In this document: positions 47,214-57,471 of the stretch, one piece after another
How positions within the stretch are numbered: the first letter of the stretch is position 1
Layout: each line of letters starts with the position of its first letter
DNA from: an uncultured Dehalococcoidia bacterium
Lineage (GTDB): Bacteria; Chloroflexota; Dehalococcoidia; DSTF01; JACRBR01
Reading direction: 5' to 3'
Assembly: GCA_964458665.1 (NCBI GenBank)
Contig: CAYWOO010000042.1
Location: forward strand, 2,987 to 66,986
DNA length: 64,000 nucleotides
Notes under the pieces: generated by a model
Database searches by the model: none
Told to the model about the DNA's origin: nothing
The model's input: only the letters and a program-made list of their open reading frames with translations
Position numbers and translations under genes: made by a program

Positions 47214-47897
47214 ATGGACGATACGGCGGAGCTGTTCCGGAAGGTCGGCGTCGGCGACGCGGCGGGCGTGGCCGAGATGGTGCGCTACGTGCCGGAACTG
47301 GCGCGCGCCCGCGATGCCTCGTCGCTGTCGGTGCTGCAATTCGCCCGCTACATGGGCCAGGACGCCGTGCTGGAGCAGCTCATCGAGGCGGGGCCGCCGC
47401 TCGATATCTTCGAGGCGGCGACGATCGACCGCGTCGATCTGGTGCGGGCGCTCCTTGCCGGCAACGCGTTGCTTGCCACGGCGTACTCCTCGGACGGGTT
47501 CACGGCGCTGCACTTCGCCGCGCACTTCGGCAGCCTCGGCGCGATCAGCGCGCTGCTGGAGGCCGGAGCCCACATCGAGGCAGTGACGCGCAACTTCCTC
47601 ACGAACATGCCGCTGCACGCCGCCGCCGCCGGAGGCCGCATGGACGCCTGCCGCCTGCTGCTGCGCCACGGCGCCGACCCGAACGCAAAGCAGCACGGCG
47701 GCTTCACGCCGCTGATGACGGCGGCCTTCAACAACAGCCGCGAGCTTGCGGAGATGCTGATCGCCCGCAACGCCAACATCGAGGTGCGCAACGACGACGG
47801 GAAGACGGCCGCGGACGTAGCCGCCGGCATCGGCAACATGGAGCTTGCGGCGCGATTGCGGCTCGGGGAGACGGTCGTGGATCGGGGGAGTTCGTAG
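47214..47897 (+). CDS. Ankyrin-repeat protein
   Basis: Several repeats with G(F)TxLHxAAxxG...LL..GA (GFTALHFAAHFGSLGAISALLEAGA, MPLHAAAAGGRMDACRLLLRHGADPN, GFTPLMTAAFNNSRELAEMLIARNANI). Confidence 0.88.
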   Translation: MDDTAELFRKVGVGDAAGVAEMVRYVPELARARDASSLSVLQFARYMGQDAVLEQLIEAGPPLDIFEAATIDRVDLVRALLAGNALLATAYSSDGFTALHFAAHFGSLGAISALLEAGAHIEAVTRNFLTNMPLHAAAAGGRMDACRLLLRHGADPNAKQHGGFTPLMTAAFNNSRELAEMLIARNANIEVRNDDGKTAADVAAGIGNMELAARLRLGETVVDRGSS

Positions 47898-47921
47898 TTG
47901 GTAGTTCGTGGTTGGTAGTTG
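47887..47921. repeat. Heptanucleotide tandem array (GGAGTTC GTAGTTG GTAGTTC GTGGTTG GTAGTTG)
   Basis: 7-nt periodicity spanning the ankyrin gene stop codon (47895-47897). Same unit family as 44482-44530. Confidence 0.85.
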
Positions 47922-48087
47922 CCCGCGTTGGATGAAGGTTGGCGTTGCCATTGGAACCCTGCGCCACATGAACGCACAGCCGGGGCGGCTGTGATCCGGC
48001 GCAGACCAACGTCTTGCAACTTCTAACAACCTTTGCGCCCTCTGCGGCTTCGCGGTGAATTGCGCGACGGTCGGCGGAAGACGGTGT

Positions 48088-48912
48088 TCAGCTCTGGTCG
48101 AAGAGCCGGCCCCACGCTCTCAGCTCGGCTGGCGTGCCGTGGTCGAGGATGGCGATAGCGCCTCGGACGTAGGCGGCCGCTGCCTCGCGAAGCGACGCTG
48201 CATCAGCGCCGGCGGTGGCCTTCGCCGTAGCGACGGCGCGGAGTTCGTCGTCAGTCGCCGTCTCCACGACGTAGATCGATATCGACGCGCAGCCGCGACG
48301 CTTCGCTTCGGCGATCTGTTCGATGACGAGCGCCGCGCCGGGAGCATCGTACGTCTGGATAACGGGATCGCATGGGAGGCCGAGGTAGCCGGGGCCGGGG
48401 TACGCAGCGTCGAAGGCCGCGGCGGCCGTCTGCCCGAACGCCTTGGGATACACAAGCGCCATCCAGCCATCGATGCCGCCGCGCGCCGCGCGCACGAACG
48501 GCGCATCGAGGCTCCGGCCGGGGCGCAGATCGGCGGCGACGTACAGCGGCGTGTTGGCGTGCCGCGCGCGAAATGCGTGGATGAGCGCGCGGAGCGCATC
48601 GCCAGCGCCGATGTCGCCCCAGCCGCCGCCGTCGTTCGGCTCGCAGTTCGCGACGGCAAACGCCGCGCCGGCGTCGACCGCATCGGCGAGCATTGCGCCC
48701 TCACGCGCGGCCTGCGCCGCATAGGCGAAGCGCTCGACGCCCCACACGATGCCCGCCGCCGTGATCGCACGCTCGAACTCGGGATCGCCGTACTTGATGA
48801 TCAGCGCATCGAGCTGTGCGAGCCGCGCGCGGCGTGCAACCTCGTCGGCCGGAAGATTGTGATAGCCGTTGTGGCACCAGCCGATCAGGCGAATCTGTGC
48901 GGCGTCGGGCAT
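48088..48912 (-). CDS. Hypothetical protein (possibly a glycoside-hydrolase-like TIM-barrel fold; unverified)
   Basis: A 274-aa ORF with genome-typical composition. No motif is recognised with confidence. Confidence 0.55.
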   Translation of the reverse strand: MPDAAQIRLIGWCHNGYHNLPADEVARRARLAQLDALIIKYGDPEFERAITAAGIVWGVERFAYAAQAAREGAMLADAVDAGAAFAVANCEPNDGGGWGDIGAGDALRALIHAFRARHANTPLYVAADLRPGRSLDAPFVRAARGGIDGWMALVYPKAFGQTAAAAFDAAYPGPGYLGLPCDPVIQTYDAPGAALVIEQIAEAKRRGCASISIYVVETATDDELRAVATAKATAGADAASLREAAAAYVRGAIAILDHGTPAELRAWGRLFDQS

Positions 48913-49063
48913 GTGCGGCTCCGCATGGCACGAACCCCAGAATCATCGCGACGGCAACAGGCGAGGGCGCCTGTCCTACATCGCGTGTTGCCACGTGCAG
49001 CCATGCTACGCCGAACCGCGTTCGATCTCCTGCGTGCTCGCGTCACTCTTCCGTCACCGACAC

Positions 49064-50167
49064 TCAGCCGGGAGCGACGTCCGACCACGTCTTGAAACCG
49101 TACGGCAGATAGCTGCCGAGCAGCAGGAACTCGAAGATGCCGTGGCCGGTACCGATGTCGCCGAGGCCTTCGACGGCGTAGTCGCAGATCGTCTGCGTGT
49201 GGATGCCGGCCTTCTGCACGACGGCGGGATCGGTGAGGTCCCACGTCTCGCCCTCCACGACCAGCGGGCCGTGGTACTGGCCATGGCGCCAGCCGCCCAT
49301 GTAGGCGTAGCCGCCGCCCGCCATGTACAGCGTCGACTTCGGCGTCATCGTGATCGTCACCTGCGCTCCGTCGGCGGTGAGCAGGTTCATGCTGCCGCGC
49401 TCCCACAGCCGCGTGCCGGGCTTCAGCGTGAAGTCGTGGTCCGTCACGGTCAGCGGCTCGGGCGCGCGGCCGCTCGCGTACGGGAAAAGCAACTCCGCCG
49501 CGGAGTGCCAGCGCTTGCCGTCGGGCTCCTCGCTGACGGTGTACATCAAGCAGCGGTCGTTGAACTGCGTGGGCGACCAGACCCAGTAGAAGCCCCCTGG
49601 CCCGGCGCCTGGCGGCGGTGCGGAGGGAGGCTCGCCGCCGCCGACGGGGCGGATGCCCCACGAGTGGTCGCGCACGCCCCACCAGTTCGACGGGTCGACC
49701 TGGTACGCGCGGCCGTCGGCGGTGAACGTGCCCGACCAGCGCCCGTTCTGCGTCATGCGTGTGTAGTCCATCACCGTGCGGTTGCCGGCGCGCCGAAGGA
49801 AGTGCGGCTCCTGGAACGGCTCCGTGACGCCCTCGAACGTCATGTCGAACGAGAGGCCGTGCTCGCTGGGCTCGGTGTAAACGCGCGTCTTGCGCAGCGG
49901 CTCGACGATCTCGACGCCGATCGGCCCGACTTTCGTGTTCATCCGGTCGGAGCCGAGATCGCGCGAGGCACGGACGATGTACTGCGTCTTACCGTCGATG
50001 ACGCCGATGTTCGGGTAGAGCCCCATCGCCACCATCAGGTACGCGGAGCCGTCGAGCGTGTGCGCGCCGAAGTAGTAGCGGTCGTAGAAGTTGCGGTCGC
50101 TGGTGTAGACGCGATCGATGGTGTCGGGCGTCTGATGTACCAGGTAGTCGTCGAGCGGCGAGATCAT
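49064..50167 (-). CDS. Conserved hypothetical protein
   Basis: A 367-aa ORF. The N-terminal LDDYLVHQTPDTIDRVYTSDRNFYDRYYF resembles a conserved family of unknown function that I cannot name reliably. Confidence 0.6.
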   Translation of the reverse strand: MISPLDDYLVHQTPDTIDRVYTSDRNFYDRYYFGAHTLDGSAYLMVAMGLYPNIGVIDGKTQYIVRASRDLGSDRMNTKVGPIGVEIVEPLRKTRVYTEPSEHGLSFDMTFEGVTEPFQEPHFLRRAGNRTVMDYTRMTQNGRWSGTFTADGRAYQVDPSNWWGVRDHSWGIRPVGGGEPPSAPPPGAGPGGFYWVWSPTQFNDRCLMYTVSEEPDGKRWHSAAELLFPYASGRAPEPLTVTDHDFTLKPGTRLWERGSMNLLTADGAQVTITMTPKSTLYMAGGGYAYMGGWRHGQYHGPLVVEGETWDLTDPAVVQKAGIHTQTICDYAVEGLGDIGTGHGIFEFLLLGSYLPYGFKTWSDVAPG

Positions 50168-50243
50168 GGTGGTCTCCGATCGTGATGCTCAAGTTCAGGG
50201 CGCGAGTTCGGCCATTGTAGGCGGCGGTGGCGGATGATGCACC

Positions 50244-51008
50244 TCAGCGTCGCTTCGCGACGAACAGGGTGCGGCGGAAGGGATAGAAGACGGGCGTCTC
50301 GGGCCAGCGCGCACGCAGCTTTTCGCGATAACGCGTCATGAACGGCTCGCGCAGATCGTCCGGCAGCCGTTCGAGATATGGCACGAGCGCCGTTCCTTTC
50401 ACCCAATCGGCGATGGCATCGGCGTCGTCGAGGACGTGCGGATAGATCTTCTCGAAGACGACGACATCCGTGCCGCCGTTCGCGTACAGGATCTCTGCGT
50501 ACTCATCGATCGGCAGCACCGGCACGATACGCGTCCAGCCGCCGAGCGCGCTGCGAAAGGGCTCTTCCGCCGCCGTCTCGTGGATGAAGACGTGCGAGTC
50601 GTGATGGTGGTTCGACGGCACCTGCACGGCGATCTGCCCCCCGGGCGCGACGAGCGCAAAGACGCGCGGGATGAGCGCACAATGGTCATCGACCCATTGA
50701 AGCGCGGCATGCGAGAAGACGAGATCCCACGAGCCGATCACCTGCTCGATCGGTCGCTGTTCGAAGCGCAATCCGGCGCGCGCGAGCGGCTGTGCGCGCG
50801 CCAGCATCTCGGCGGACGAATCGAGGCCGAGCACGTCACTCTGCGGAAGCCGGTCGGCGAGCCGCAGCGTCAGATCGCCCGTACCGCAGCCCAAATCAAC
50901 GACGCGAAGGCCCGGACGGACATCCAGCAGCCCGACGAGGTCGTCGAACGGGGCAAACCGCTCCGCTTGGAACTTGAGATACTGCTTGGGATCCCAGGGC
51001 ATGGCCAA
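50244..51008 (-). CDS. tam: Trans-aconitate 2-methyltransferase-like SAM-dependent methyltransferase
   Basis: WDPKQYLKF..ERFAPFDDL, motif I VVDLGCGTGDLT, and Tam-like length. Confidence 0.8.
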   Translation of the reverse strand: MAMPWDPKQYLKFQAERFAPFDDLVGLLDVRPGLRVVDLGCGTGDLTLRLADRLPQSDVLGLDSSAEMLARAQPLARAGLRFEQRPIEQVIGSWDLVFSHAALQWVDDHCALIPRVFALVAPGGQIAVQVPSNHHHDSHVFIHETAAEEPFRSALGGWTRIVPVLPIDEYAEILYANGGTDVVVFEKIYPHVLDDADAIADWVKGTALVPYLERLPDDLREPFMTRYREKLRARWPETPVFYPFRRTLFVAKRR

Positions 51009-51083
51009 AGTCTAGCGGGCGAGCCGGATATACGTTGACATCGACGCGTGAGTGCGCGATGCTCGCTGGCAGGAGAGTGCGCC

Positions 51084-51920
51084 ATGGTGCAAGCAATCGC
51101 CGGCTACAAGGATCACACAACCGCCGCGCGAGGAATATCGTTCCATTGGCTCGAGTGGGGCGATGCGTCGGCGCCGCCGATGGTGCTGCTGCACGGACTC
51201 ACGGGACACGCACACATCTGGGACCACATGGCGCCGCAGCTCGTCGAGCGCTACCACATCTTCGCGCCCGATCAGCGCGGACACGGCGAGACGGACCACG
51301 CGGCCTCGTACGCGACGCGCGAGTTCGTCGATGACCTCGAAGCGCTGGCGCGGCAGTGGGGCATCGAACGGTTCGTGCTGATGGGCCTCTCGATGGGCGG
51401 ACACAACGCAATGGCGTACGCGCTCGCGCATCCGGAGCAGGTGTCCCGCCTGATCATCATCGACATCCCGCCGAAGATGGACCGCCGCAATGCGCCGAAC
51501 TACGAGCAGGCAGTGAAGCTCGCGGCAACCGGACATCGGCGCTTCGCCACATTCGACGACGCGGTGCAGGATGCACGCGCAGGCACGCCAACGGCGCCCG
51601 AGGCGAATCTGCGTTACCGCACACACTGGAACCTGCGCTCGAACGCGGACGGAACGACGCAGTTCAAGTACGACCCGAAAGTTTCGTCGCTCTGGGATCC
51701 TGCTGACCTCTCGACGCGACTCGGCGAGATCGCTGTGCCGACCCTGCTAGTGCGAGGCGCCAAGACGACGGTGCTGCCTTCGAGCGTCGCTCAAGCGATG
51801 ATCGCGGCGATACCGGATGCCGAGCTCGTCGAAGTAGCGGAGTCGGGCCACTCCGTGCCGACGGATCGCCCGGAAGATCTGGCGCCCGCCGTGCTGGAGT
51901 GGCTGGCGCGGCGCGCGTAG
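51084..51920 (+). CDS. Alpha/beta hydrolase
   Basis: HGLTGHAHIW, nucleophile elbow GLSMGG, and a C-terminal GHSVP. ATG 51084 follows AGGAGAG. Confidence 0.85.
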   Translation: MVQAIAGYKDHTTAARGISFHWLEWGDASAPPMVLLHGLTGHAHIWDHMAPQLVERYHIFAPDQRGHGETDHAASYATREFVDDLEALARQWGIERFVLMGLSMGGHNAMAYALAHPEQVSRLIIIDIPPKMDRRNAPNYEQAVKLAATGHRRFATFDDAVQDARAGTPTAPEANLRYRTHWNLRSNADGTTQFKYDPKVSSLWDPADLSTRLGEIAVPTLLVRGAKTTVLPSSVAQAMIAAIPDAELVEVAESGHSVPTDRPEDLAPAVLEWLARRA

Positions 51921-51962
51921 CCGGCACGCGCCAGCCGGCGCAACGGGCAACGGCGCCCCGTC

Positions 51963-52862
51963 CTACATCGCGTTTCGCACCACCACGCTCGATGCGTCGG
52001 GCCGCCACGAGATGATCGCCGATCGCGCCGAGCCGAGCTCCGGGCCGAGGCGGCCGTTCGGCCAGCGCACGAGGCGTGCTTCGAGCAGCGTACGGAGCTT
52101 CCCGGTTGCGGCCGCGTCGTCCTCACGCAGGCAAAGGCTGTTGCGGAGCTGTGTGACCGCTTCGTCGAGGTCGGCGAACGTCCACGTAAACCGATGCTCG
52201 ACGACCTCGACATCGGCGAGGATGCCGATCTGACCGAGCAGGCCGACGAGGTCGAGATGCACCGGCTGCGCCTGGAGCGCGATACCGTGGAATGCGCCCC
52301 AGAGGCCGAGATCGGTCGGCAGTGGGTCAGCGCGCAAGTAGACATAGACGCGCTGCTTCGCCGATGCCTCCAGCTTGCGGATAAACGGCACGGGATCGGC
52401 GATCGGGTACAGCACGTGCGAGCACAGCACCACGTCGGCGGGGTCGACGTCAGCCTCCAGCCAACCCGACGCGATCGTCTCGACGTTCGGGAGCTTCCGC
52501 GCGGCGACGTCTTCCCGCAACAGCCCGAGCATCGCGGGCGACGGCTCCACCGCCGTGACCCGCGCGACGTGCCGCGCCAGCGCGAGCGTATGGCGGCCGG
52601 TGCCCGCTCCGACATCGAGTGCCGTCGTTTCGGTTGTCACGTCGCGCCGCACCCGCAGCAAGAACGGATCCTCGTCAGCGTGCTCGTGCAGCGCCTGGCG
52701 ATAGGTCTTCGCGCGCTTGCCCCAGTAGTCGGCGTTGTTGATGCCGGCCGCGGCGTAGGCCGTGTCCATCTGCACGCGCCGCCTCTCGACGATGTCGTGC
52801 CAGCGCCCGACGTAGTCGACCGGCGCGATCTGTGGCGGCGGCGGGGGATCAGCCGGCGGCAT
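51963..52862 (-). CDS. Class I SAM-dependent methyltransferase
   Basis: Motif I ALDVGAGTGRHT. The start is placed at ATG 52862, overlapping the upstream gene by 14 nt; this start choice is uncertain. Confidence 0.72.
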   Translation of the reverse strand: MPPADPPPPPQIAPVDYVGRWHDIVERRRVQMDTAYAAAGINNADYWGKRAKTYRQALHEHADEDPFLLRVRRDVTTETTALDVGAGTGRHTLALARHVARVTAVEPSPAMLGLLREDVAARKLPNVETIASGWLEADVDPADVVLCSHVLYPIADPVPFIRKLEASAKQRVYVYLRADPLPTDLGLWGAFHGIALQAQPVHLDLVGLLGQIGILADVEVVEHRFTWTFADLDEAVTQLRNSLCLREDDAAATGKLRTLLEARLVRWPNGRLGPELGSARSAIISWRPDASSVVVRNAM

Positions 52863-53238
52863 CGGTGGCCGCGTCGTCGCCGATGATGTCGGTAACATCG
52901 AACTGCATCTCACCCATGCCCGTGACGACGAATCCCATGCCGATCTTGTGCTTGCCGTCAGCGAGGGTCTTGCCATCAATGCTGATCGTCACGGCCTTGT
53001 TGAGACCGAGCGTCATCGGCCGCTCCACGGAGACATCGACGAAACGCACGGTCTCGCCATCCACGGTGAAGGCGGCCGCCTCTACCGGTAGCGCCTCGCC
53101 GTCCACAGAGATCGGAAGCACCTGCTCCGCGTAGCCGGAGCCGAGCCCGTTCATCAGGTCGAACGCGAAGCCGCCTTCCTGGTTGCGAAGGCTGCCCTTC
53201 ACGTAGAGGCGTCGGAGCAGAAACGCGGGAACTTCCAT
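52849..53238 (-). CDS. Hypothetical protein (129 aa)
   Basis: An ORF with coding-like composition, overlapping and apparently co-transcribed with the methyltransferase. No family recognised. Confidence 0.5.
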   Translation of the reverse strand: MEVPAFLLRRLYVKGSLRNQEGGFAFDLMNGLGSGYAEQVLPISVDGEALPVEAAAFTVDGETVRFVDVSVERPMTLGLNKAVTISIDGKTLADGKHKIGMGFVVTGMGEMQFDVTDIIGDDAATDAAG

Positions 53239-53309
53239 CTGTTCTCCTTGACCGGGCGCACGGCCGTGTGCCCCTACCGGTCGATACGCGCGACGCGAAA
53301 CTTCGACGA

Positions 53310-53972
53310 CTACCGACGGAATCCCTTCATCATGCGGTACACCTGCTGCTCCGCGCCAACAACTGCCGCAGGCAACTCGTGCGCGGCGCCAAGTTGCATG
53401 CTCAGCAGACGGATCTTCGCGACGCGCTCGACGAGATCGACGACCGCCACGGCCTCCTCGAGATCGCTTCCGACGCCAAGCACGCCGTGATGCCTCAGCA
53501 GGACGGCGGCGCGATCGCCAAGCGCCGCAACAGCGTTGTCGGCGAGCCGCTGACTTGCGGATGCACCATACTCGGCGACGGCAACGGCGCCGCCAAGAAT
53601 GACGACCTGCTCATCAAGCACGCACGGAATCGGCTGCGCCGCGACCGCAAATGCGCTGGCGTAGACCGAGTGCGTATGGATGACCGCGCCCACATCCGGC
53701 CGGGCGCCATACACCGCTATATGCGCCAGCGACTCGCTCGACGGGATGCCATCGCCGACGACCGGATCGATCTCGGCATCGACGACAAGTACGTCCGCGA
53801 TCCCGAAGCGGTGGTACGGCACGCGGCTCGCCGTCACGGCGAAGAGATCTCCGTTCTGCGTCGAGATGCGTCGGCTCACGTTACCACTCGCGCCGGCAAC
53901 GAGGCCCGCAGCGACGATCCGCTGCACCGCATCGAGCACCTGCTGCCGTTCTTCCAGAAAGTCGTCGCTCAT
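53310..53972 (-). CDS. Class II aldolase/adducin-family protein (fuculose-phosphate-aldolase-like)
   Basis: GASGNVS and HTHSVYA metal-binding blocks. ATG 53972 overlaps the kinase stop (ATGA). Confidence 0.85.
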   Translation of the reverse strand: MSDDFLEERQQVLDAVQRIVAAGLVAGASGNVSRRISTQNGDLFAVTASRVPYHRFGIADVLVVDAEIDPVVGDGIPSSESLAHIAVYGARPDVGAVIHTHSVYASAFAVAAQPIPCVLDEQVVILGGAVAVAEYGASASQRLADNAVAALGDRAAVLLRHHGVLGVGSDLEEAVAVVDLVERVAKIRLLSMQLGAAHELPAAVVGAEQQVYRMMKGFRR

Positions 53973-55435
53973 GCGCCTGCCATCCGCTCGAACCCGTCGC
54001 TCATGGCGCACCAGCGCGCATAGTGGTCCTCGTAGTCAGCGGACGCGCGCGCGTTCGGCTCGACGATGCGCCTACCATCGGTCATCGCCGCGCGCGCAGC
54101 GTCGAGCGACGGGTGCAGTCCCACCGCAACAGCGGCCAGCACGGCCGCGCCCACGGCGGACGTCTCGGGCGATGCCGCAACCTCGACCGCACGATCGATC
54201 ACGTCAGCGATGACTTGGGTGAAGAGGGCGCTGCGCGACATGCCGCCGCCCATCGCCAGTGACGCGATCGGCGCACCACTCACCAGCTCGAGCTGTTCGA
54301 TGTTCGCACGGATGGCATACGCCGTCGCTTCCAGAACGGAACGAAGGACGTGCGATCGCTCCGGTGCCGACATCACGAGCGGCAGCGGTACGGTGACGCC
54401 GCCGACGCCGGCGTTCATCGCGGAAGCGCGCATGACGCGCGGGCCGAGGACCGTCATCACATCGCCGGAGCCCACGGGCGCTGCGGCGGCAAGTTCGGCG
54501 GCTTCCGCCGCCGTGCAACCCATCATCGAGCAGATCCAGTCCCAGGCGCGGCCGGTTTCGCCCGCGTTCGATTCGAGTATCCATCGATCGGGGACGACGT
54601 GCACGCCGGTCCAGGTGCGCCTCTCGCTATCCACGATAGGTCGGGCGGTCACGAGCTGCACAGGCGCGCTCCAGCCGGCCGGAACGCCTCCAGCGCCAGG
54701 CTCGACAGCGCCCATGCCGACGAGTGCGCACTGCGTGTCCGCGCCACCAAGCACGACCGGCAGTCCAGCAAGGTCGCCGGCCTTCACGTCCCCGCAGATC
54801 GAGCCATCGGGCAGTATCTGTGGCACGATTCCCTGCCGAACCCCGCTTCTCGCCAGGAGTTCGATCGGAGCGTCGCCTGTGCTCACGTCGAGCAGTCCAT
54901 GTTCGGCCGCAAGGCTCCGAACCATGCTCGGCACGCCCGTGACAAGCATGGCCAGCCAGTCGGCCAGCGGCACCACGTGCTTCACGCGCGCGGCCACGCC
55001 GGGACGATGCGCCCGCAGCCACGCCAGCTTCGCCGGCGCCTGCATGAGCGATGGCAGGTGGCCCGTAACGGCGTAGACCTCGTCCGCGTGCGCACCATCG
55101 ATCGCGATGCCCTCGGCTGCCGCCCTGGCGTCGATGTTCGGCGACGCAAAGAGCGCATCACCGCGATCGTCCACGAACGCGATGCCCTCCCGCTGCCCCG
55201 TGAACGCAATTCCGGCAACCGCCTCACGCAAAGGCGATGCCGCGGCGAGCAGGGCGTCGAGCGCACGTCGCACCGCGGTGACCTCGAACTCACGGCCGAA
55301 CGGGGTGGCATCGTTGGGGACGAACATCGGCCACGGTTCCGCCGCGATCGGCGTCACCTGCCCATCAGCGCGAACTGCGAGCGCGCGCATCGCGCTGGTA
55401 CCGGCATCGATCACGAGTATGGTGTCAGCGGGCAC
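53969..55435 (-). CDS. FGGY-family carbohydrate kinase
   Basis: N-terminal ILVIDAGTSAMRA and a C-terminal GGMSRS-type block. Confidence 0.85.
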   Translation of the reverse strand: MPADTILVIDAGTSAMRALAVRADGQVTPIAAEPWPMFVPNDATPFGREFEVTAVRRALDALLAAASPLREAVAGIAFTGQREGIAFVDDRGDALFASPNIDARAAAEGIAIDGAHADEVYAVTGHLPSLMQAPAKLAWLRAHRPGVAARVKHVVPLADWLAMLVTGVPSMVRSLAAEHGLLDVSTGDAPIELLARSGVRQGIVPQILPDGSICGDVKAGDLAGLPVVLGGADTQCALVGMGAVEPGAGGVPAGWSAPVQLVTARPIVDSERRTWTGVHVVPDRWILESNAGETGRAWDWICSMMGCTAAEAAELAAAAPVGSGDVMTVLGPRVMRASAMNAGVGGVTVPLPLVMSAPERSHVLRSVLEATAYAIRANIEQLELVSGAPIASLAMGGGMSRSALFTQVIADVIDRAVEVAASPETSAVGAAVLAAVAVGLHPSLDAARAAMTDGRRIVEPNARASADYEDHYARWCAMSDGFERMAGA

Positions 55436-56417
55436 GGGCGTACTCCGGGTTGACGACGTAACGCAGGCGCTTCCCGGCGAGCAGCCGCTCGACCTCGTCC
55501 ACCATCATCCGCGAGTGCCGCTCGACGGTCTCTGCCGTCGCGCCGCCGATGTGCGGCGTCAGGATCAAGTTTGGCGCGGCAAGGAGCGGGCTCGCCAGCG
55601 GCAGCGGCTGCCCGGCGAAGACGTCGAGCGCGGCGCCAGCGATCGTGCCAGCCGCAAGCGCTTCGACGAGCGCTGCCGGGTCGACGACGGTGCCGCCGCT
55701 GGTGTTGATCAAAGACGCGCCGGGCTTCATCCGCGCCAGGAAGCGTGCATCGACGAGATGATGCGTCGCCGGCCCGTCCGGCACATGCAGTGTGATGAAG
55801 TCCGATGCCTTCGCGATGGCAGCGAGCGTCGACGGACGCGCTCCGAGGGCACGTAGCTGCCGTTCCGGTACCAACGGATCGCAGGCGAGGACGCGCGCAC
55901 CGAGCGCGAGGCACAGTCGCGCGACCTCGCGGCCGATCTGCCCGAAACCAACCACGCCGACGGTCGAGCCCGCGATTTCACGGCCACGAAAGCGGCGGTA
56001 CCCGGACGACGGATCGCGCCATGCGCCCGCCGCGACAAAGGCATGCGCCTGCGGGATACGCCGTGATAGCGCGAACATGAGCCCGACCGTCATCTCGGCG
56101 ACGGCGTTCGTGTTGCGTCCGCGGGCGTGCGTAACGGCGACGCCGTGCGAGGTGGCACTGGCGATATCGACCTGATTCAGCGCGTTGCGGCAGACGCCGA
56201 CGAGGCGGAGGTGCTGCGCTGTGGCGAACACTTCCTCGAATACAAAGTCGGCTTCGACGATCAAGACGCCGATGTCGTCGGCCGCGAGGCGAGCGCCAAG
56301 TTCGTCCGGATCCTGGAGCCGGTTCGTGTCGGTCCAACTCTCGTAATCTACGGCCATCTGCCGCCGTAGCCGGTCGAGTTGGCGATCAGAGAATGGGGCG
56401 AGAACGAGCGCGCGCAC
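55425..56417 (-). CDS. D-isomer-specific 2-hydroxyacid dehydrogenase (PGDH-like)
   Basis: NAD motif GVVGFGQIGREVA with the catalytic R/E/H layout (TPHIGG). Confidence 0.88.
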   Translation of the reverse strand: MRALVLAPFSDRQLDRLRRQMAVDYESWTDTNRLQDPDELGARLAADDIGVLIVEADFVFEEVFATAQHLRLVGVCRNALNQVDIASATSHGVAVTHARGRNTNAVAEMTVGLMFALSRRIPQAHAFVAAGAWRDPSSGYRRFRGREIAGSTVGVVGFGQIGREVARLCLALGARVLACDPLVPERQLRALGARPSTLAAIAKASDFITLHVPDGPATHHLVDARFLARMKPGASLINTSGGTVVDPAALVEALAAGTIAGAALDVFAGQPLPLASPLLAAPNLILTPHIGGATAETVERHSRMMVDEVERLLAGKRLRYVVNPEYARAR

Positions 56418-56470
56418 GGCAATGGCCTCCGAAGCGCCACGATATCACGCACCTTGCCGGAATGGATGGA

Positions 56471-57109
56471 CTAGCGGGCGGCTGCCTGGCGGCGTTCCGA
56501 TGCGGCGGCTGTCTCCAACGGAGCAAGCAGCGCATCCACCAGCTCAGCGGGCGTCATCGCCTTGCCACCGGGCGAGCCGATGGCGATCTGCACGGCGTAC
56601 CCATCGTGCGCGGCGAGTGCGACGGCGGCCGCGTCCTCGGCGGACTGGAGTTGCATGACACCAGCGGCGGCGGCAGTGGCAAATATATCGGCGAGTGTCT
56701 TGCGCCAGCCGGCGTATGCCTGCGTCAGCCGTTTGCTGACTTCTTGATTGCGCACAGCCTGCGCCCAGAACTCCAACAGCACGCCCGGCCATTGCGGCGC
56801 AGCGGCATACGACATGAAGTTCGCCAACGCTTCGTGCAGGGCGTCGCGCGGGCTGGCATCCGCCTCCGCCCCTTGGGCGAGAACGAGGCTGCGGCCCTCA
56901 GTCCATACGCGAAGCAGCTCGAGGAGGATGTCGTCCTTCGTCGAGAAGTGGAAGTAGTAGGCGCCCTTCGAGTAGCCTGCGGCCTGGGAGATATCGTCGA
57001 CAGTGGCGTGCTCATACCCGCTCGTCGAGAAGAGTTGCAGCGCTGCATCAATGAGCTTCGCGCGCGTGAGCTTCCGCTGCTCGAATCGATCCAGACTTGT
57101 TCTCGGCAT
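56471..57109 (-). CDS. TetR/AcrR family transcriptional regulator
   Basis: HTH block ATVDDISQAAGYSKGAYYFHF. ATG 57109 follows GAGGG. Confidence 0.85.
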   Translation of the reverse strand: MPRTSLDRFEQRKLTRAKLIDAALQLFSTSGYEHATVDDISQAAGYSKGAYYFHFSTKDDILLELLRVWTEGRSLVLAQGAEADASPRDALHEALANFMSYAAAPQWPGVLLEFWAQAVRNQEVSKRLTQAYAGWRKTLADIFATAAAAGVMQLQSAEDAAAVALAAHDGYAVQIAIGSPGGKAMTPAELVDALLAPLETAAASERRQAAAR

Positions 57110-57339
57110 AACCCTCACTGCGCCTAGTATCGGCAGGAACGCCCGTTTCCGACGCCTTAGTATGCATGAGCATGCCATCTTTGCCAATACCGGTTGACAA
57201 GGGCTACCTCGCCTTTACCGAAAGTTCACGGGAAAAAAAGCGCAAAAGCCTGTAACAAAACGCCGCCAGCCTCGTTATGGGTCTGTGAGCGCGCCGGCGG
57301 ATCCGGCAGACGAGCGCAGCCAGGAGGGCACCCAGGCAC

Positions 57340-57436
57340 GTTCAGAGGCACCGAACAGGCAAACTCGCCGCGAGGCGAGGACGCAACGCCACGGATCCGC
57401 AACGAATCGCGGACAGCCGGGCTACCGAAGACCTGG
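57340..57436 (+). promoter_or_regulatory. Candidate c-di-GMP-I (GEMM-I) riboswitch aptamer
   Basis: ACAGGCAAAC, then a 6-bp stem CTCGCC/GGCGAG capped by the GNRA loop GCGA, then GGACGCAACGCC, then a second hairpin (CGG-AT-CCGC...GCGG-ACAG-CCG), then GGGCUACCGA. The order and spacing parallel the Vibrio Vc2 aptamer as I recall it. Confidence 0.78.
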
Positions 57437-57471
57437 AGCCCCGCCGGCTTCGAACGTTTTCGACGCGTGCA

